Assembly (NCBI GenBank): GCA_965602015.1 | Contig: OZ271918.1 | Span: 2,720,001-2,784,000, forward strand | Direction: 5' to 3' | DNA from: Salinispira sp. | GTDB taxonomy: Bacteria; Spirochaetota; Spirochaetia; DSM-27196; Salinispiraceae | DNA length: 64,000 nt | In this document: piece by piece, positions 59,841-64,000 of the stretch | How positions within the stretch are numbered: the first letter of the stretch is position 1 | Layout: each line of letters begins with the position of its first letter | Notes under the pieces: generated by a model | The model's input: the letters and a program-made list of their open reading frames with translations, nothing else | Databases searched by the model: none | What the model was told of the DNA's origin: nothing | Position numbers and translations under genes: made by a program

Positions 59841-60914
59841 CTATACCGCAACCGCCGCGTCGGCTTCCGCCCGGGACACGACTTCTTCCACCGGGGGAAC
59901 CACTCCGCCCATCCACAGGTAGCGTTCAACGGGCACCATGGACGACACCGCCAGGTCCACGTCGTCGGCCATTTGCCCGTCGCTTAGTTCCATTACGGCG
60001 ATACGCCCGCCCTTTTTCGCCAGGGCATCGGCCAGCAGGGAAATCCGCTTTTTCGGGAAGGGAAAAAGGGTCTTGAGCCGCAGCAGACCGGCCCGTACCC
60101 CCTTGGCCCGCAGTTCGTCCACGGCTGTGTGGGCAATCCTGCTTGATATTCCGTATGCGATAAACACAAAATCAGCGTCATCCACCTGGTACTCTTCGAA
60201 ATCGATAATCTCTTCCAGGGACTTGTACTTTGCCATCAGGTGCTTATTGTGATCGGACAGCAGTTCACGGTTCATATGGATTGAGGTGATCAGGTTCTTG
60301 AAGCTGTCGTTGTCGGCGTACAGGGCCCAGTCATGACGCTTGCCGTGCAGCACCTTCTCGGGAAAGGCCACCGGCTCCATCATCTGTCCGATATAGGCAT
60401 CGGAAAGAATAAACGCAGTCATGCGGTAGGTGTCCGCCAGCTCGAAGGCCCGGTAGGTCATGTCGCACATTTCCTGGGCGGAATTCGGCGCCAGAACGAT
60501 GTTCCGGTAGTTGCCGTGACCGCCGCCTTTTACCACCATGTTGTAATCGCTTTGCTCAGGCCAGATATTGCCAAGACCCGGACCGGCGCGCTGCACATCG
60601 ACCATGACGCAGGGCAGTTCGGCCCCAGCCAGATAGCTCAGGCCTTCGGCCATCAGGGCGATTCCCGGTCCCGAGCTCGCGGTCATGACCCGGGCGCCGG
60701 CGCCGGCTGCGCCAAAGAGCATGCTGATTACCGAAACTTCGCTCTCCGCCTGGAGAAAATGCCGGCCGGCTTTCCGGTACAGATCGGCCGCCGCGTGGGC
60801 GATTTCGCTTGCCGGGGTTATGGGATAGCCGAAAAAATGGGTTCCGCCGCCCAAAAGAGCGCCGTAGACCACCGCTTCGTTTCCCTTCATCAGCTGTTTC
60901 TGGATATTAGGCAT
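59841..60914 (-). CDS. 2-oxoacid:ferredoxin oxidoreductase alpha subunit (VorB-like)
   Basis: MKGNEA, GYPITP, QAESE, TASSGPG and QRAGPGLG. Confidence 0.9.
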   Translation of the reverse strand: MPNIQKQLMKGNEAVVYGALLGGGTHFFGYPITPASEIAHAAADLYRKAGRHFLQAESEVSVISMLFGAAGAGARVMTASSGPGIALMAEGLSYLAGAELPCVMVDVQRAGPGLGNIWPEQSDYNMVVKGGGHGNYRNIVLAPNSAQEMCDMTYRAFELADTYRMTAFILSDAYIGQMMEPVAFPEKVLHGKRHDWALYADNDSFKNLITSIHMNRELLSDHNKHLMAKYKSLEEIIDFEEYQVDDADFVFIAYGISSRIAHTAVDELRAKGVRAGLLRLKTLFPFPKKRISLLADALAKKGGRIAVMELSDGQMADDVDLAVSSMVPVERYLWMGGVVPPVEEVVSRAEADAAVAV

Positions 60915-61158
60915 AACTTGCCCCCTTTGCGAATTCATCGGGAATCGAGTCTTCGTCGGCATAAACCGTAATGGCGCCGGGTTCGGGGCAGACGTAATAG
61001 CAGATGCCGCAGGCGGTGCACTTGTCGCTGCGGAAAATCGTCGCCTGATACCCGAGCTTGTTAATGGTAGACCCGATGGTCAGGCAGTTATTGGGACAAT
61101 AATGAACGCAGAGCCGGCAGCCCTTGCATTCATCAGGTTCGACATACACGTAGTTCAT
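60907..61158 (-). CDS. 2x[4Fe-4S] ferredoxin (delta subunit)
   Basis: CKGCRLCVHYCP and CTACGICYYVCPE. Confidence 0.92.
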   Translation of the reverse strand: MNYVYVEPDECKGCRLCVHYCPNNCLTIGSTINKLGYQATIFRSDKCTACGICYYVCPEPGAITVYADEDSIPDEFAKGASYA

Positions 61159-61184
61159 GTTTCCTCCTGAGGATGAGATGGTCG

Positions 61185-61727
61185 TTAAATTCCGCCGAAA
61201 ATATCTTCCTGACCGGTGCCGAAGTAATTGATGTCGCTTAACTCCTGGAGAACGGGCATGGGAATTTCTTCGACGATCAGTTCGTGATGAGGACAGCTGA
61301 TGCGCGGGCAGATGATGATTTTATTTTTTTTACCCGGCAGAAAGAGCACAATTTGCTCGTCGCAGCGGCATTCCGAATCGATGTCGGCGCATCCCTCGGC
61401 AATGTTCAGGTGAACATCGCAGTAAGGGCAGTAGGCATCCACTTTCGCATCGGGATCGAGCCCGTGCCCCATGAAGGTGAAGAGATTGGCATGGCTTCCC
61501 CAAATGGAGTCGAGAAACACATATCCGGGCTGGTCATCAATGCGGATTTTTAACTTGATGGAGGGCTCATCGTGAATTCTTACGCTGTCCACCAGCAGGT
61601 TATGTCCATTGGGACAAAACAGGGACTCCACCAGCAGGACTTCGACGTCCTGTTTCCATAACAAACGCATTCCCTTGGGAATGTTCTGTTTAAAGCTATC
61701 AGGTATGGCTTTGGTACGTAGTTCCAT
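61185..61727 (-). CDS. Cys/His-rich hypothetical protein leading the VOR operon
   Basis: CPNGH, CPYC and CPRISCPHH motifs. Confidence 0.65.
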   Translation of the reverse strand: MELRTKAIPDSFKQNIPKGMRLLWKQDVEVLLVESLFCPNGHNLLVDSVRIHDEPSIKLKIRIDDQPGYVFLDSIWGSHANLFTFMGHGLDPDAKVDAYCPYCDVHLNIAEGCADIDSECRCDEQIVLFLPGKKNKIIICPRISCPHHELIVEEIPMPVLQELSDINYFGTGQEDIFGGI

Positions 61728-61886
61728 AAAGTCTCCCCGAGGGGTATCTGGCAGCCGGCGGTCCGCAGGACCGGTTCGTCGGTACCCGGCGTATCACCCC
61801 TCTGATAGCAATTGTAACCCCGCTTTACTCAGGGCGCCAGAAAATATTTAATATATTGAACACGACCTCATTTCGAAACTGAACTC

Positions 61887-62762
61887 CTATTTGATCCCAT
61901 ATGCTCCTATGCGGTGAAAAATAATCAGCGCCGCGAAGATGTCGATGACAAGGATGGATGGGATGATGATGATGGCCGGCATGATTTCCACAGCGTTTAT
62001 GCCCATTGCAATGAGTTTCGCAGTCAGGGCCGTCATGAGGTAAACCAAAAACACCAGGTAGATTGCCGATCCCAGTACTCCAAGGACACGCCCCTTGAGC
62101 AGCATGCAGCCGCAGATGATCGACAGGGGCAGGAAAAACGCCAAATCAAGCCCCTGTACAATAAGCGTGGTGTAATGGTCCAGCCCGGACGGATAGAGAC
62201 TGCCGTCAATTAGCGGCGGAACCACTTCCATGAGCCAGAGCGAGGCGATGATCGCGCCGTTTATAATGAGAAAAATTCCGGGAAAACGGAATCCCAGGTC
62301 CGCCCCGGGCTCAAGCCCGGTCATCAGTATCTGGGAAGCGATAATCTGCCGCATTAGCAAAACAAGCGAAGCGCCTGCAAGGAATGCATAAACTAGAAAA
62401 AGTGCGTTGTAGGTCCCCATGCAGAGGTACATGGTGTAGCTGACAAAAAAATACCCCAGTGTTCCACCGGCAAATAGCCTTCGTCGCAAAGTAATGTTAC
62501 TGAGACGCAAAGCGGCAATTATCAGCGCCGGTACAGCCAAAAACAGGGTAATGTAATCCTGAGCGATTCCCTGTATGGCGACATCGGCGGACATGTGCCG
62601 GTACAGCCCGGTTCCGTAGATTAGGATCTGCTCTCCGCGCACGCTCTCATGGTAGAAATTACCCGGTCCGCCTACTGAAAATATTCCGACTGCAGCGGCA
62701 TATGCGGCAACAATGGCGATGATGAGCATGAGAATCCTCGTGCTGCGTTCTGTGTGGTTCAT
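61887..62762 (-). CDS. Multi-pass membrane protein (about 8 TM)
   Basis: Repeated hydrophobic segments, QDYITL and VQGLDL. Confidence 0.75.
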   Translation of the reverse strand: MNHTERSTRILMLIIAIVAAYAAAVGIFSVGGPGNFYHESVRGEQILIYGTGLYRHMSADVAIQGIAQDYITLFLAVPALIIAALRLSNITLRRRLFAGGTLGYFFVSYTMYLCMGTYNALFLVYAFLAGASLVLLMRQIIASQILMTGLEPGADLGFRFPGIFLIINGAIIASLWLMEVVPPLIDGSLYPSGLDHYTTLIVQGLDLAFFLPLSIICGCMLLKGRVLGVLGSAIYLVFLVYLMTALTAKLIAMGINAVEIMPAIIIIPSILVIDIFAALIIFHRIGAYGIK

Positions 62763-62818
62763 AAAATCTCCCGTTTATCATTTGATGTATATAGATCCGC
62801 CAGACAGCGCCCGGGCGA

Positions 62819-63433
62819 TTAGCCGCCGTTTTGCGCCTGACGGGTAAACGAAGCAAATATGCTGCTGCAGCAACGGGAAATCCGGTCGATGTTTTCCTGG
62901 TCCAGACGCCCAGTGCTTCTTCCCGCGCTTATGAACACCAGTTCTCCGTGCATGTAGCAGTGAAGAATGTGGGCCAGCCGGTTGATATCCGACTCGTTCT
63001 TCATTGGTCCGGGCATCCAGCGCCGTATCCAATTGGAGAACACCACTGAGGCCCGCTGTAACTCAAGGGCGGTGGACTCCGGTGCATCCCCCATCAACGG
63101 ATCCAGCCATACAAGGCGGTACCGGTGCGGGTATCTGCCGGCATACTGAAGATAGGTATCAAAAAGGTTTCCCCGCTCTGAGGGGCCGGGGATGCGCCGG
63201 TAGTCGATTTCTCCGGAGCTTCGGGGTAGATCATCCAGTAAACCGGCGAGGGCGCTGCTTATGGCATGCCAGCGCAGCTCATCCCAACTGGAAAAATAAT
63301 TGTACATATTGGTATGGGCGCAGCCGACCCTTCGGGCAAGCTTCCTCAAATTGAGGTCCTTGTACTCTACCCCTGCGTCGATCATTTCCATATAGCTTTG
63401 AATGAGACTGTGTTTGCTGATTTTCAACGCCAC
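62819..63433 (-). CDS. TetR/AcrR family regulator
   Basis: HTH LNLRKLARRVGCAHTNMYNYFSS. GTG start after GAGGGGA. Confidence 0.88.
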   Translation of the reverse strand: MALKISKHSLIQSYMEMIDAGVEYKDLNLRKLARRVGCAHTNMYNYFSSWDELRWHAISSALAGLLDDLPRSSGEIDYRRIPGPSERGNLFDTYLQYAGRYPHRYRLVWLDPLMGDAPESTALELQRASVVFSNWIRRWMPGPMKNESDINRLAHILHCYMHGELVFISAGRSTGRLDQENIDRISRCCSSIFASFTRQAQNGG

Positions 63434-63471
63434 TCCCCTCGGTATTCCCCTGCAGACAGCAGAATGTTTTA

Positions 63472-63486
63472 ATTACCAGTGGTAAT
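63472..63486. promoter_or_regulatory. Palindrome ATTACCA-G-TGGTAAT, candidate TetR operator
   Basis: Perfect 7-1-7 inverted repeat about 40 bp upstream of tetR in the divergent gap. Confidence 0.55.
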
Positions 63487-63646
63487 CTACCAATATGAAT
63501 AGTACCCGGTCAATACCACAAGGGGCAGACCGAACTTTCGAAGGCCCTCAAATTATGTGACACTTTTTATTTGCTGAGTTGTTGAATTCACCAAATGCGG
63601 CACTATACTTTGTTGCATACCATATGTAATGGATCGGGAGGTCCCC

Positions 63647-64000
63647 ATGAAAAAGATCAAATCAACAGCGGCCATCGCGCTGATTATGCTCGCCCTTTTG
63701 GGAATTAGCGGCTGCGACTGGCTTGTCGGCTCGTTAGTCGGCGGCAACGCAGTAAATGTATTCGCAGAGGGCAGTACTGCGGAATTCTGGAAATCCGGAT
63801 TCACCAGCGAATCCCTTGAAGGCGCCGTAATTACCCTGACCAACATCGACGACCCGTCGTTCAGCACAACCACATCTGTTGACTCCGAGGGCTATTTCTC
63901 GGTCGGCGGCCTGGAAGCCGGACGATATCGGGTGACCGGAAGTAAAAACGAATGGGTTTTTGTCCCCCGTGAAGTGTTTATCGGCGGAACATTCGCTACT
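63647..64000 (+). CDS. Lipoprotein with carboxypeptidase-regulatory-like domain (3'-truncated, absent from ORF track)
   Basis: GGAGG RBS, MKKIKSTAAIALIMLALLGISGC lipobox and LEGAVITL...DSEGYFSVGGLEAGRYRV. Frame is open to the window end. Confidence 0.75.
   Translation, partial: MKKIKSTAAIALIMLALLGISGCDWLVGSLVGGNAVNVFAEGSTAEFWKSGFTSESLEGAVITLTNIDDPSFSTTTSVDSEGYFSVGGLEAGRYRVTGSKNEWVFVPREVFIGGTFAT

Overview
GC-rich bacterial chromosome segment, probably from an anaerobic free-living spirochaete (inferred from gene content and secretion-signal style, not proven). Left arm: rseC-rnfBCDGEA operon, pullulanase, ABC-2 exporter, exonuclease I, a long coiled-coil protein, an adenylate cyclase followed by two tandem outer-membrane-protein/lipoprotein pairs, a glycosyltransferase, DAHP synthase and a GGDEF-EAL protein. 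Three things stand out. (1) A minus-strand lipid cluster (42.2-52.8 kb) joins a complete polyketide beta-branching cassette (AcpK-type ACP, PksF-like KS, HMG synthase, ECH1, ECH2) to type II FAS enzymes, an alpha-oxoamine synthase (Spt-like) and a bacterial ceramide-synthase-like GNAT, with no modular PKS in the window. A PPTase, FabF and a 2OG-Fe hydroxylase lie nearby. This suggests a route to methyl-branched sphingolipid- or aminolipid-like products. (2) A 1331-aa CcsBA (ResB+CcsA) cytochrome c synthase is fused to an FAD/NAD(P)H-[2Fe-2S] reductase. (3) An island at about 33.6-40.7 kb is punctuated at gene boundaries by six copies of a ~20-bp inverted-repeat motif. One pair encloses an IS1-like DDE gene that an intact IS21 element has split (5-bp TSD GTGAT). 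Right arm: RNase R, a VOR-buk-ptb branched-chain 2-oxoacid catabolism operon and a TetR locus. No rRNA, tRNA or CRISPR array was recognised. All family assignments come from motif recognition by eye, not from database searches.
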